This document shows positions 1-9,857 of a stretch of DNA of 64,000 nt, in pieces (position 1 is the first letter of the stretch; each line of letters opens with the position of its first letter). The position numbers and the translations under genes are program-made. The notes beneath the pieces were generated by a model. It saw nothing but the letters and a program-made list of their open reading frames with translations. It made no database searches and was not told the DNA's origin. Source of the DNA: Burkholderiales bacterium (GTDB taxonomy: Bacteria; Pseudomonadota; Gammaproteobacteria; Burkholderiales; SG8-41); NCBI GenBank assembly GCA_035259205.1, contig DATFWO010000099.1, positions 812 through 64,811 of the forward strand, given 5' to 3'.

Positions 1-2
1 TG

Positions 3-593
3 GTGGTCGTGCATCCTTCCTTCCCGCCAAGAAGCGTCAAGGAGCTGATCGCGTTCTCGAAGAAGCATCCGGGCGAGATCAATTATGGTTCGTCCGGTAC
101 CGGCACCACCGTGCATCTTTCCGCGGAGTTGTTCCAGGCGATGACCGGCGTCAAGTGGGTGCACATACCGTACAAGGGGGGCGGCCCGGCGGTGATCGAG
201 CTGCTCGCCGGCCACCACGTGCTCTACTTCGGCAACGTGCCGAGCGTCATCCAGCACGTGCGCGCCGGCAAGTTGTGGCCGCTCGCGGTGACGGGCGCCA
301 AACGCCAGGCGGCGGTGCCGGACATCCCGACGGTGGCGGAAAGCGGGGTGCCGGGATTCGAAGTGACCACGTGGTATGGCGTGTCCGCTCCCGCGAAGAC
401 GCCGCGACCTATCGTCGAGAAGCTCAACGCCGAGATGGTGCGGGCCCTCAATTCACCGGATCTGCGCAAGCAGCTGACCAACGCCGGTGCCGACCCCGTG
501 GGCAATACGCCGGAGCAGTACACGGCCTACGTGCAGAATGAGATCGCGAAATGGGGAAAGGTCATCCGGGCTGCTGGAATCAAAGGTGAATGA
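3..593 (+). CDS. tctC: Tripartite tricarboxylate transporter substrate-binding protein (Bug/TctC family), 5'-truncated by window edge
   Basis: ORF open to the window edge. C-terminal half shows Bug/TctC hallmarks (INYGSSGTGT, HIPYKGGGPA, TWYG..APAKTP, KWGKVIRAAGI). Directly followed by tctB- and tctA-like genes. Confidence 0.85.
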   Translation: MVVHPSFPPRSVKELIAFSKKHPGEINYGSSGTGTTVHLSAELFQAMTGVKWVHIPYKGGGPAVIELLAGHHVLYFGNVPSVIQHVRAGKLWPLAVTGAKRQAAVPDIPTVAESGVPGFEVTTWYGVSAPAKTPRPIVEKLNAEMVRALNSPDLRKQLTNAGADPVGNTPEQYTAYVQNEIAKWGKVIRAAGIKGE

Positions 594-744
594 TGCGAAC
601 CTACTTCATCCTCCTCGACCTGCATCCCACATCGCCTCCGTCGCACACGCGTCTATATATGAAATAGGTTCGCAGTGAGGATGTGATTCACCCGGGCGAG
701 CTACGCTCGCCTTCCCCATCAGGGAAGGTCAGGAAGGAGGAGTC

Positions 745-1197
745 GTGAAATCCGGCCTGCTCAACAACAAGGATTTTCTCGCCGGCTTGTTGTTCATCGC
801 GATCGGCGGCTGCGCCGTGTTTTTCGCGCGCGACTACCCGATGGGCTGGGTGGAGCGGATGGGCCCGGGCTACTTCCCGACGGCGCTGGGGATCATCCTC
901 TGCTTGTTCGGCGTCTACGTCATGCTCCGCGGCCTGCTCTCCCGGGAAGCAATCAAGGGCGAGTGGGGCTGGAGGCCGCTCAGTTTCATCACCCTCTCCA
1001 TCGTGGTCTTCGGCTTCACGATGGAGAAGCTGGGCTTGATCCCCGCGCTCCTTCTCATGTTCTTCGCCGCCGCCTACGCCGGCCGCGAGTTCCGGTTCAA
1101 GGAGGTGGCGGTCCTTGCCGCGCTCATGAGCGCCTTTGCCGGGGGGGTCTTCGTCTATGGACTGAAGCTGCCGTATCCGCTGTTTGGCGGGTATTGA
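745..1197 (+). CDS. tctB: Tripartite tricarboxylate transporter small membrane subunit TctB
   Basis: 150 aa, four hydrophobic segments. GTG start preceded by aggaaggagg SD. Located between tctC and tctA. Confidence 0.8.
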   Translation: MKSGLLNNKDFLAGLLFIAIGGCAVFFARDYPMGWVERMGPGYFPTALGIILCLFGVYVMLRGLLSREAIKGEWGWRPLSFITLSIVVFGFTMEKLGLIPALLLMFFAAAYAGREFRFKEVAVLAALMSAFAGGVFVYGLKLPYPLFGGY

Positions 1198-1200
1198 ACG

Positions 1201-2697
1201 ATGGACCTCCTGAACAACCTGATCCTGGGTTTCGGCGTCGCGTTCTCGCTGCAGAACCTGGCGTACTGCCTGATCGGTGTGGCGCTGGGCACCCTGATCG
1301 GCGTGCTGCCCGGCGTGGGGCCGCTGGTGACGATAGCGATGCTCTTCCCGATCACCTTCAATCTGCCGGCGGTGCCGGCGCTCATCATGCTGTCCGGCAT
1401 CTTCTACGGCGCGCAGTATGGCGGGTCGACCACCTCCATACTCGTCAATCTCCCGGGCGAAACGGCTTCGGTGGTGACGTGCCTCGACGGCTACCAGATG
1501 GCGCGGCAGGGACGCGCGGGACCGGCGCTCGCCACCGCGGCGCTCGCCTCGTTCTTCGCGGGCTGCGTCGGCACGCTCCTCATCGCGATCGCCGGCCCGC
1601 CGATGGGCGAATGGGCGCTCGCGTTCGGTGCGGCCGAGTACTGCTCGTTGATGCTGATGGGGCTCGTGGCCTCGGCCGTCATGACCCAGGGCGATATCGT
1701 AAAGGGCCTCGCCATGGTCGTCGTGGGATTGCTCCTGGGGGTGGTCGGCACGGACGTCAATTCGGGAATGTCGCGCTATACCTTCGATGTCCCCCAGCTC
1801 TCCGACGGCATCGGGTTCACGGTGATCGCCGTGGGACTCTTCGCGGTGGCGGAAATCGTGGTGAATCTGGAAATGAAGGAGGCGGGAGAAGTGTTCACCG
1901 GGAGGATCACCAACCTCATGCCGGTCGCGAAGGACGTCCGGGACGCGGCCTGGCCCACCGTGCGGGGGACTGCCGTCGGCGCCATTTTCGGCGTTCTGCC
2001 CGGCACCGGCCCTGCGCTCTCCACGTTCGCCACCTACATGCTCGAAAAGAAGCTCGCGAGGGATCCGTCCCGGTTCGGAAAGGGCGCGATCGAAGGCGTA
2101 GCGGCGCCGGAAGCGGCCAACAACGCCTCCGCGCAGACCTCGTTCATTCCCATGCTGACGCTCGGCATACCCACGAGTGCGACGATGGCGCTCATGCTGG
2201 GCGCGATGACCATGCAGGGCATAGAGCCGGGACCGCAGGTCATGGCATCGAAGCCCGAGCTGTTCTGGGGCCTCATCGCAAGCATGTGGATCGGCAATCT
2301 CATGCTCGTGATACTCAACCTGCCGCTGGTCGGGATCTGGGTGCGGCTGCTGCGGGTGCCGTACCGATGGCTATTCCCCTCGATCATCATGTTCTGCTGC
2401 GTCGGCAACTACAGCGTCAACAACAACGCCGTCGATATCTATCTGTGCGCGCTGATCGGGGTGCTGGGCTACGTACTGGTCAAGCTTGAGTGCGAGCCTG
2501 CGCCGCTGCTCCTCGGCTATGTGCTCGGCCCCCTGATGGAGGAATACCTGCGGCGCGCGCTGCTGATCTCGCGCGGCGACCCCAGCGTGTTTTTTACGCG
2601 CCCGATCAGCCTCGCGTTCATGATAGGCACCCTGCTTATTCTGATCGTCATGGTGGCGCCGGCAGTGCGGCGACTCAAGCCGTCGGCAGGCGCCTAG
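1201..2697 (+). CDS. tctA: Tripartite tricarboxylate transporter large permease TctA
   Basis: 498 aa polytopic membrane protein with TctA-type sequence (GVLPGVGP..., GIFYGAQYGGSTTSILVN). Starts 4 nt after the tctB stop. Confidence 0.9.
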   Translation: MDLLNNLILGFGVAFSLQNLAYCLIGVALGTLIGVLPGVGPLVTIAMLFPITFNLPAVPALIMLSGIFYGAQYGGSTTSILVNLPGETASVVTCLDGYQMARQGRAGPALATAALASFFAGCVGTLLIAIAGPPMGEWALAFGAAEYCSLMLMGLVASAVMTQGDIVKGLAMVVVGLLLGVVGTDVNSGMSRYTFDVPQLSDGIGFTVIAVGLFAVAEIVVNLEMKEAGEVFTGRITNLMPVAKDVRDAAWPTVRGTAVGAIFGVLPGTGPALSTFATYMLEKKLARDPSRFGKGAIEGVAAPEAANNASAQTSFIPMLTLGIPTSATMALMLGAMTMQGIEPGPQVMASKPELFWGLIASMWIGNLMLVILNLPLVGIWVRLLRVPYRWLFPSIIMFCCVGNYSVNNNAVDIYLCALIGVLGYVLVKLECEPAPLLLGYVLGPLMEEYLRRALLISRGDPSVFFTRPISLAFMIGTLLILIVMVAPAVRRLKPSAGA

Positions 2698-2738
2698 GGT
2701 GGTTGGTGTTTCTCTTAACTGCCTATTGAGATGACGAC

Positions 2739-4274
2739 GTGTCGGCCAAGGATCTGATCAAGGACCTGGAAGAAAAGACCACCGAAGTGCTGGCGATGGG
2801 CGGGGAGGAAAAGCTCGCCGCGCGCCGGGCGCAGGGCGTGTTGAACGCGCGCGAGCGCATAGACTATCTGGTCGATCCCGGCAGCTTCGTGGAAACCGGC
2901 CGGTTCGCGCGCAGCATCCGCGCCGAGGTCGCGCACAAGACCCCGGCAGACGGCAAAGTCGCCGGCTTCGCGAAGGTAGACGGACGCGACATCGCGCTCG
3001 TGTCCAACGACTTCACCGTGCTCGGCGCCTCGTCGAGCGTCATCAACATGAAGAAGATCCGGCACGTGAAGGGCATCGCGACCAATCGCGGAATGCCGCT
3101 CGTGCTGCTGGGTGAATCGTCCGGCGCTCGCATGCCGGATCGCATGGGGGCTTCGGGGCGCGCCATCCTCGCGCAGGACCCGACCGAGTACCAGCGCCTG
3201 CGCGAGTCCCCCTGGGTCTCGGCGCTCCTCGGGCAGTGCTACGGTTCCTCCACCTGGTACGCGGCGATGTCGGACTTCGTCGTGATGCGCAAGGGATCGG
3301 TCATGGCGGTCGCGAGCCCCGGTGTCACCTCGATTGCGATCGGCAAGCCGATCGATCCCGAGGACCTGGGCGGGTGGAAGCTGCTGACCGGCGTCTCCGG
3401 GCTGGCGGACATGGCCGTGGATACGGACGAGCAAGCGCTCGCTGCGGTGAAGAAATTTCTGTCGTACCTGCCCTCGCATGCGATGGAGCGACCGCCGGAG
3501 CGCCCGGTGCCTGCGGGATCGGACGAGGGGTGCCGGAAGATCCTGGAGATCGTGCCGGAATCCCGGAACAAGGTGTACGACGTGCGCAAGATCGTCGCGG
3601 CGATCGCGGACCGGGACTCGAGCTTCGAGCTGAAGGAGCGCTACGGCAGGTCGGTCGCGACCGTGCTTGCGCGCGTCAACGGCAAGAGCGTCGGCTTCCT
3701 CGCGAACAATCCCCTGTTCAAGGGCGGGGCGCTCGATCCCGACGCCTGCCAGAAGGCGACGAGCTTCATGGTGCTGTGCGACTCCTTCAACATCCCCATC
3801 GTGTTCCTCGTGGACGTGCCCGGATTCCTGATCGGCATGGAAGGGGAACTGCGCGGCATGCCGGGCAAGATCATCAACTGGATGAATGCGATCTCGCTTG
3901 TCACCGTGCCCAAAATCACCATCATCCTGCGCAAAAGCTACGGCCAGGCCTACATCAACATGGGCGGCGGCCGCAACGCCGACGAGATCGCCTGCTGGCC
4001 CGGCGCCGACCTGGGTTTCATGGATCCGCGGGTCTCGGTCAACGTGCTCTACGGAGTCAAGGAGTCCGACGATCCCGAGCGTTTCAGGCAGCTCGTCGCG
4101 GAAGTCGAGCGGGACACGACGCCGTGGGAGCTCGCGCGCATGTATGAGGCGCAGTATGTGATCGACCCACGCGACACGCGGAGCTGGCTCGCCCGGATGC
4201 TGGAGGTGCACCGGCTGCGGCTGCGAAACTGCGTCGGGCAGCACCGGCTCGCAAACTGGCCCACGAGCTATTAG
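2739..4274 (+). CDS. Acyl-CoA carboxylase carboxyltransferase subunit (PccB/AccD5-like), orphan copy
   Basis: 511 aa carboxyl-transferase domain protein (GVLNARERIDYL, NDFTVLGAS, LVDVPGF, RKSYGQAY). GTG start. Same length and same C-terminal WPTSY as the paralog at 25623-27158. Confidence 0.85.
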   Translation: MSAKDLIKDLEEKTTEVLAMGGEEKLAARRAQGVLNARERIDYLVDPGSFVETGRFARSIRAEVAHKTPADGKVAGFAKVDGRDIALVSNDFTVLGASSSVINMKKIRHVKGIATNRGMPLVLLGESSGARMPDRMGASGRAILAQDPTEYQRLRESPWVSALLGQCYGSSTWYAAMSDFVVMRKGSVMAVASPGVTSIAIGKPIDPEDLGGWKLLTGVSGLADMAVDTDEQALAAVKKFLSYLPSHAMERPPERPVPAGSDEGCRKILEIVPESRNKVYDVRKIVAAIADRDSSFELKERYGRSVATVLARVNGKSVGFLANNPLFKGGALDPDACQKATSFMVLCDSFNIPIVFLVDVPGFLIGMEGELRGMPGKIINWMNAISLVTVPKITIILRKSYGQAYINMGGGRNADEIACWPGADLGFMDPRVSVNVLYGVKESDDPERFRQLVAEVERDTTPWELARMYEAQYVIDPRDTRSWLARMLEVHRLRLRNCVGQHRLANWPTSY

Positions 4275-4375
4275 CCGCCGATAGGACGATAATGCAGCTT
4301 GCGCTACGCGAAGGGAACGTCGCGCTGCGTGACGGTGAGGGGTGACCCGATGAATCGCCTTGGAGCCGGGGAAGC

Positions 4376-5449
4376 ATGGTGACTTTCCTGTGGCCTGACG
4401 CCCTCTGGCTGATGCTCGCGCTCCCAGCGCTGATTGGCACGTACGTCGCATTGTGCCGGCGGAAAAACACCGAGTATCTTCGTTATCCGGCCTTGAGCCT
4501 CGTACGAGAAGCGCTCGCTTCCTCGCAATGGATACGACGCCACGGCCCTCCGCTTTTCTTTCTCCTGGGGCTCGCCGCGGCCCTTCTCGCCATCGCGCGT
4601 CCCGCGGCCGTCACCACGGTGCAGTCGGAGCAGGGCACGGTCATTCTTGCGATCGACGTTTCGCTCAGCATGGCCGCGACGGACGTCGCGCCGACCCGCC
4701 TTGCGGCCGCCAAGGCTGCCATGGTGGACTTCGTCCGGGCACAGCCGGCAAACGTACGCATAGGTATCGTCGCATTCGGTGGCAGCGCGCACGTCGTGCA
4801 ATACCCGACCTCGAACAGACAGGACGTGCTGGCGGCGTTCGAGCGCCTGGAGTTGCAGCCTTATACCGGCATCGGCACCGCTTTGATCACGGCCGTCCTT
4901 ACCCTTCATCCGACGGCGGGCATTGACAATGGGAACGACATCTTCGAAAACGGATGGGAAGCTTCGGCTCCAGCGGGTATTCGCCTGCTCGCTGCGTTCA
5001 ATCCGGTGGAGAAGTCGCAGAAACGCATCACCGCCCCCACCGATTTCTCGACCGCGATCATCCTAGTAAGCGACGGGTGCGGAACGATAGGCGTGTCGCC
5101 GGTCAAAGCCGCCGAGATCGCGGCAGAGCACGGCGTGCGCGTCTATACCGTAGGTGTCGGGACCCCATATGGCGGCACGGGTAACGTCCCGGGATGGGGG
5201 CTCATTCACGGGGAATTTCAGGAGGAGGTCCTGAGGGCGATCGCCGATATCACGCGGGGCGAGTACTTTCACGCCCGCAGCGCGGGCAAGCTGAGCAAGA
5301 TCTACGGCGAGCTCACCAGGCAAGCGGTTCTGGAGAAGAGAAGAGCGGAAATCACCGTGCCGCTCATCCTTATCGGAATGGCACTGCTGCTCACGGCATC
5401 CGCGCTGTCGCTCCTCTGGTGGCATCGTCTGCCGGTCAGCTCGGCCTGA
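4376..5449 (+). CDS. VWA domain-containing membrane protein (BatA-like)
   Basis: N-terminal TM (FLWPDALWLMLALPAL), second TM, MIDAS-like DVSLSM, a further VSDG motif and a C-terminal TM. Typical BatA-type architecture. Confidence 0.75.
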   Translation: MVTFLWPDALWLMLALPALIGTYVALCRRKNTEYLRYPALSLVREALASSQWIRRHGPPLFFLLGLAAALLAIARPAAVTTVQSEQGTVILAIDVSLSMAATDVAPTRLAAAKAAMVDFVRAQPANVRIGIVAFGGSAHVVQYPTSNRQDVLAAFERLELQPYTGIGTALITAVLTLHPTAGIDNGNDIFENGWEASAPAGIRLLAAFNPVEKSQKRITAPTDFSTAIILVSDGCGTIGVSPVKAAEIAAEHGVRVYTVGVGTPYGGTGNVPGWGLIHGEFQEEVLRAIADITRGEYFHARSAGKLSKIYGELTRQAVLEKRRAEITVPLILIGMALLLTASALSLLWWHRLPVSSA

Positions 5450-5479
5450 GCGTCCGAGCCGGATGCGATCCTGATCCAC

Positions 5480-6880
5480 ATGAGCTTCACGACCCAATTC
5501 TGGAACGACGCCATCGTTCCCTCCCTGATCGACTACATCCGGATTCCCGCCAAATCGCCCCACTTCGACAAGGCCTGGGCGCAGAACGGCCACATCGACG
5601 CGGCGGTCGAGCTGGCAGCCAGCTGGTGCGGCAAACATGCGATCGAAGGAATGAAGCTCGACGTGATGCGACTCACGGGACGCACACCGCTGCTGTTCAT
5701 TGAGGTGCCTCCAGCAGGAGGTGCCGGGAAAGCGGGCACCGTGCTCCTTTACGGCCATCTCGACAAGCAACCCGAAATGACCGGCTGGGCCGACGGCCTG
5801 GGACCCTGGACGCCGGTGATGCGTGACGGCAAGCTCTATGGGCGAGGAGGAGCGGACGACGGCTACGCGGTATTCGCATCGATCGCAGCCTTGCGTGCCT
5901 TGCGGGAGTCCGGCCGCCCCCACGGCCGCTGCGCGATCGTGATCGAGTGCTGCGAGGAGAGCGGCAGCTACGATCTTCCCACGTACCTCGACGCGCTCGC
6001 GCCGCGGATAGGCACGCCCGCGCTCGTCGTCGGGCTCGATTCGGGATGCGGAAACTACGAGCAGCTCTGGGGCACGACCTCGTTGCGCGGCCTCGTGAAC
6101 GGCAGGCTCACGGTCGAAGTGCTGACCGAAGGCGTGCACTCCGGCGATGCGAGCGGCGTCGTGGCTTCCAGTTTCCGCATCGCGCGCGCGCTTCTCGAGC
6201 GTATCGACGATACTGCGACCGGTGCCGTGCGCCACGCGGCATTTCACGCGCCGATTCCGGCGGAGCGCGTCGAGCAGGCCAGGCGTGCCGCCGCAGTGCT
6301 CGGAAACGGCATACACGCCAAGTTCCCTTTCGTGCCCGGGATGCGGCCGATGGCCGCGGCGCTCGACGAGCTCGTTCTGAACCGCAGCTGGCGGCCCATG
6401 CTCGCCGTTACCGGAGCGGACGGACTGCCGGTACCGGAGAACGCCGGCAACGTGCTGCGGCCGAAGACGGTGCTTGCGCTCTCGCTGCGCCTGCCGCCGG
6501 TAGTGGACGGCCAGTCCGCGGGGAAGAAGTTGAAGGAACTGCTCGAAACCGATCCACCCTACGGCGCGCGGGTGACCTTCGACGTCGGCCAGGGCGCCAC
6601 CGGCTGGCACGCGCCCAGGACCGCGGACTGGCTCGACCATGCAGTCGACGCGGCCTCGCTGCGCCACTTCGGGAAGCCGGCCATGTGGATGGGCGAAGGC
6701 GGCACGATACCGTTCATGGCGATGCTCGGCGCGAAGTTTCCCCAGGCGCAGTTTCTGATCACGGGCGTGCTCGGGCCGCACTCGAACGCGCACGGTCCCA
6801 ACGAGTTCCTCCACCTCGGCTACGCCGAAAAGCTTACCGCGGCGGTAGCGGACGTGCTCGCTGCGCAGGCGCAGCAATGA
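5480..6880 (+). CDS. M20/M25/M40 family metallopeptidase (dipeptidase-like)
   Basis: 466 aa with YGHLDKQP, GRGGADDGY and ECCEESGS motifs typical of M20 dipeptidases. Confidence 0.8.
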   Translation: MSFTTQFWNDAIVPSLIDYIRIPAKSPHFDKAWAQNGHIDAAVELAASWCGKHAIEGMKLDVMRLTGRTPLLFIEVPPAGGAGKAGTVLLYGHLDKQPEMTGWADGLGPWTPVMRDGKLYGRGGADDGYAVFASIAALRALRESGRPHGRCAIVIECCEESGSYDLPTYLDALAPRIGTPALVVGLDSGCGNYEQLWGTTSLRGLVNGRLTVEVLTEGVHSGDASGVVASSFRIARALLERIDDTATGAVRHAAFHAPIPAERVEQARRAAAVLGNGIHAKFPFVPGMRPMAAALDELVLNRSWRPMLAVTGADGLPVPENAGNVLRPKTVLALSLRLPPVVDGQSAGKKLKELLETDPPYGARVTFDVGQGATGWHAPRTADWLDHAVDAASLRHFGKPAMWMGEGGTIPFMAMLGAKFPQAQFLITGVLGPHSNAHGPNEFLHLGYAEKLTAAVADVLAAQAQQ

Positions 6881-6962
6881 ATCCCTAGCGCAAAAATCTT
6901 GCGTCTTCCTGCTCACCGCTCATCGCGGTTTTTGTTGATACACTGCTAAGAAACGGGTCGTC

Positions 6963-7640
6963 ATGGGCACTTATTCCATCGGCGAGATGCCGCGTCCGCT
7001 GCCGGATGCGCTGTACGCCCAGCTCATTCAGGTCGAGACGGCTACCGTCGGACACCTCCGTCACCTGGGTTTCATGCATCCGGCGATTCAAGCCCTCAGC
7101 GGTGGCCGACGCATCGTCGGCAGTGCCGTCACGCTCGCACTCCCAGCACACGATTCAACCCTTCTGCATCATGCGCTTGGCTTGACGCGGGCAGGCGACG
7201 TGATTGTCATCGACCGCCTGGGCGACGAGCGGTATGCGTGCTGGGGCGGAGGCGTCACCAATGCAGCAAACAAGGCGCGCGTGGCGGGCGCCATCGTCGA
7301 TGGGCCCTGCACCGATCCTTCGGAAATCAGGAGTCAGGGATTCGCGTTGTGGTGCAGGGGTATATCGGCCCTCACGACGCGCGTGGCTGACATCGGCGGC
7401 AGCTTGAACCTGCCGGTAGCGTGCGGCGGAGTGGTCGTTCGGCCCGGCGACATCGTTCTTGCGGATGAGAATGGGGTCGTGGTTCTGGATAGAAACGAGG
7501 GCGCTGCAATTGCGGAAGCCGCGCTCGTGCGACAGGCTGCGGCGGCGGAGCGCATGCGTGCGGTCAAAGAAGGAGCCCTCCTCGGCGAGCTCTCCGGCGC
7601 TACGGCTCTGGTCACACGCAGCCTCGAGCGTGCGAAGTAG
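6963..7640 (+). CDS. RraA family protein (aldolase/decarboxylase-like)
   Basis: 225 aa. The RraA/HMG-aldolase-like core (GDVIVID...WGG..., GAIVDGPCTD) is visible. Confidence 0.75.
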   Translation: MGTYSIGEMPRPLPDALYAQLIQVETATVGHLRHLGFMHPAIQALSGGRRIVGSAVTLALPAHDSTLLHHALGLTRAGDVIVIDRLGDERYACWGGGVTNAANKARVAGAIVDGPCTDPSEIRSQGFALWCRGISALTTRVADIGGSLNLPVACGGVVVRPGDIVLADENGVVVLDRNEGAAIAEAALVRQAAAAERMRAVKEGALLGELSGATALVTRSLERAK

Positions 7641-7654
7641 CCGACTCCTCGACC

Positions 7655-8647
7655 ATGGGACAATTGCCGAAGCGCCGTTCCCTTCTCGGTCTGCTGACGG
7701 TCGCGTCATTCCTACTGCTTGCCGCCGCCACCGCCGAGCAAGCCTATCCGAACCGCCCGATCCGGCTCGTCGTCCATACGACGGCGGGCGCGTCTTCTGA
7801 CGTGACCGCGAGAGCGACGGCAGAGGAGATGGCGAAACGGTTGGGTCAGCAATTCGTGGTCGAAAACCGTTCGGGCGCGGGCGGAATGATCGGCGCAGAA
7901 CTCGTCGCCAAGTCGGCGCCCGACGGCTACACCCTGCTGGCCGGAGCTTCGAGCGTGATCGTCATGATGCCGGCAGTCTCGAAACGCAAGCTGCCCATTG
8001 ATCTCGACATCGATCTCATTCCGATCGGACGTATCACGCACTCTCCCGGCTTCGTCCTGGTCGTAAGCGAGAAATCTCCCTACAGGAGCCTGAAGGATCT
8101 GATCACCGCGGCTAAAGGCAACCCGGGGAAGCTGACGTATGGCAGCGCCGGGCCTGCGACCAATCCGCACATGCTAGGCGAGATGTTGAACCTGCTGGCC
8201 GGCATTTCGCTCAACCACATCGCGTACAAAGGCCCCGGCCCCGCGCAGACCGATCTGCTCGGCGGAGCAATCGACTGCCAGTTCGACACGCCGTCGAGCG
8301 TGATCCAATTCGTCGCCGGGGCTAGGCTACGGGCGTTGGCGATCACCGGACCAGCCCGCTACGTCGGAATGCCGGACGTCCCGACTACGGCGGAGCTTGG
8401 CTTCCCGGACCTGTACCTGCGAGGTTGGACGGGGATGTATGCGCCGCGCGGCACGCCTTCTGTTATCGTCAACAAGTTGCGGGCGACCCTGAGGGCGGTG
8501 CTGGAAAACCCCCAATTCAAGTCGAAGTTGCTGTCGTTGGACCAGCAACCCGGCCTGCTGATCGGAGATGAGCTGCTGCTCGAGCAACGCAGGGAGCGCG
8601 AGATCTGGCGCAAAGTCGCGGCGGCCCGCAACATCGTACTGGAGTAA
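7655..8647 (+). CDS. Bug/TctC-family tripartite tricarboxylate transporter substrate-binding protein
   Basis: Signal peptide, then the AYPNRPIRLVV signature. YGSAGPAT, IAYKGPGPA and RGWTGMYAPRGTP motifs. Confidence 0.9.
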   Translation: MGQLPKRRSLLGLLTVASFLLLAAATAEQAYPNRPIRLVVHTTAGASSDVTARATAEEMAKRLGQQFVVENRSGAGGMIGAELVAKSAPDGYTLLAGASSVIVMMPAVSKRKLPIDLDIDLIPIGRITHSPGFVLVVSEKSPYRSLKDLITAAKGNPGKLTYGSAGPATNPHMLGEMLNLLAGISLNHIAYKGPGPAQTDLLGGAIDCQFDTPSSVIQFVAGARLRALAITGPARYVGMPDVPTTAELGFPDLYLRGWTGMYAPRGTPSVIVNKLRATLRAVLENPQFKSKLLSLDQQPGLLIGDELLLEQRREREIWRKVAAARNIVLE

Positions 8648-8650
8648 ACC

Positions 8651-9838
8651 ATGCAAAAAAGCAAGACCTATACCCGCATACAGGACCTGGAACGCAGCCA
8701 CGATGAGCTGGTCGCATGGCGTCATGCGATTCACAGGCAACCCGAGCTTGCGTTCAGGGAGAACGCGACAGCTCGTATGGTCGCCGACAGGCTTGCGGCG
8801 TGGGGCTATGCCGTGACCGAGCGCGTCGGCACGACGGGAGTGGTCGGCACGCTAACGGCCGGCACCGGCACGCGCAGCATAGGGCTGCGCGCGGACATGG
8901 ACGCGCTGCCGATCGCGGAGCAGACCGGCCTCCCGTACGCGAGCGTGAACGAAGGCGTGATGCACGCCTGCGGGCACGACGGCCATACGACGATGCTGCT
9001 CGGGGCAGCCAGGCATCTCGCCGCCACCCGGAATTTTTCGGGCACCGTTCACATGATCTTCCAGCCGGCCGAGGAGGCGGGTATCGACTGCGGAGCGCGC
9101 CGGATGCTGGCCGACGGCTTGTTCGAGCGCTTTCCCTGCGATGTCATCTACGGCATGCACAACCATCCCGGGAAGCGCGCGCGCACGTTTCATTTTCGCA
9201 GTGGACCCTTCATGTCGGCGTCCGATCGGGTGACGATTACCGTGAAGGGCGTCGGCGGCCACGCTGCGCGCCCGCACCAGGCTGTCGATCCTATCGTGGC
9301 GGCGGCAAGCATCGTCCTGGCGCTGCAGACCGTTGTCGCGAGAAACGTCAATCCGACGCAGATCGCCGTCGTGACGGTCGGCACGATCAACGGCGGCAAA
9401 GCCATGAACGTGATCGCCAATGAGACGACGCTGGGCCTCAGCGTCCGGTCCTTCGACGCCGATGTACGCACGCTCCTGCAGAAGCGGATTACCGAGCTCG
9501 CCACGGCCCAGGCCGCGAGCTATGGGGCAACCGCACAGGTCGACTACGGGCTTGGCCATCCCGTACTGGTCAATGCCGAGCGGGAAACCGAGTTCGCACG
9601 CCAGGTCGCCGAGGAGCTCGTTGGAGCCGACAACGTCGTGGGCCATACCGAGCAGGTGACGGGAAGCGAGGATTTCGCCTATATGCTGCAGCAGCGCCCC
9701 GGGTGCTTCGTGCGCCTCGGTAACGGCATCGGAGACCAGGTGCCAATGCTGCATACCGCCCGCTACGATTTCAACGACAGCAACCTCACGGTCGGATCTG
9801 CATACTGGGCGAGACTCGTCGAGCGCTTCCTTGAGTAA
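8651..9838 (+). CDS. M20 family amidohydrolase (hippurate hydrolase / N-acyl-amino-acid amidohydrolase-like)
   Basis: 395 aa. WRHAIHRQPELAF, ADMDALP, HACGHDGHT, FQPAEE and GSEDFAY motifs of the peptidase M20D/ILR1 group. Confidence 0.85.
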   Translation: MQKSKTYTRIQDLERSHDELVAWRHAIHRQPELAFRENATARMVADRLAAWGYAVTERVGTTGVVGTLTAGTGTRSIGLRADMDALPIAEQTGLPYASVNEGVMHACGHDGHTTMLLGAARHLAATRNFSGTVHMIFQPAEEAGIDCGARRMLADGLFERFPCDVIYGMHNHPGKRARTFHFRSGPFMSASDRVTITVKGVGGHAARPHQAVDPIVAAASIVLALQTVVARNVNPTQIAVVTVGTINGGKAMNVIANETTLGLSVRSFDADVRTLLQKRITELATAQAASYGATAQVDYGLGHPVLVNAERETEFARQVAEELVGADNVVGHTEQVTGSEDFAYMLQQRPGCFVRLGNGIGDQVPMLHTARYDFNDSNLTVGSAYWARLVERFLE

Positions 9839-9857
9839 GTTCTAGACTCGAGTTCCA

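Noticed and set aside
2715-4451. 578-aa ORF on the minus strand, antisense to the carboxyltransferase gene. Similar long antisense or out-of-frame ORFs occur at 963-2489, 5063-6916, 8852-9754, 19081-20118, 20221-21678, 22149-23234, 27549-28760, 47174-48277, 54754-56013 and 62220-63566.
   Set aside because: Their translations are Arg/Ala/Gly/Pro/His-rich low-complexity sequence typical of shadow ORFs in GC-rich DNA. Each overlaps a frame with clear family motifs on the other strand or frame. None has a recognisable domain.
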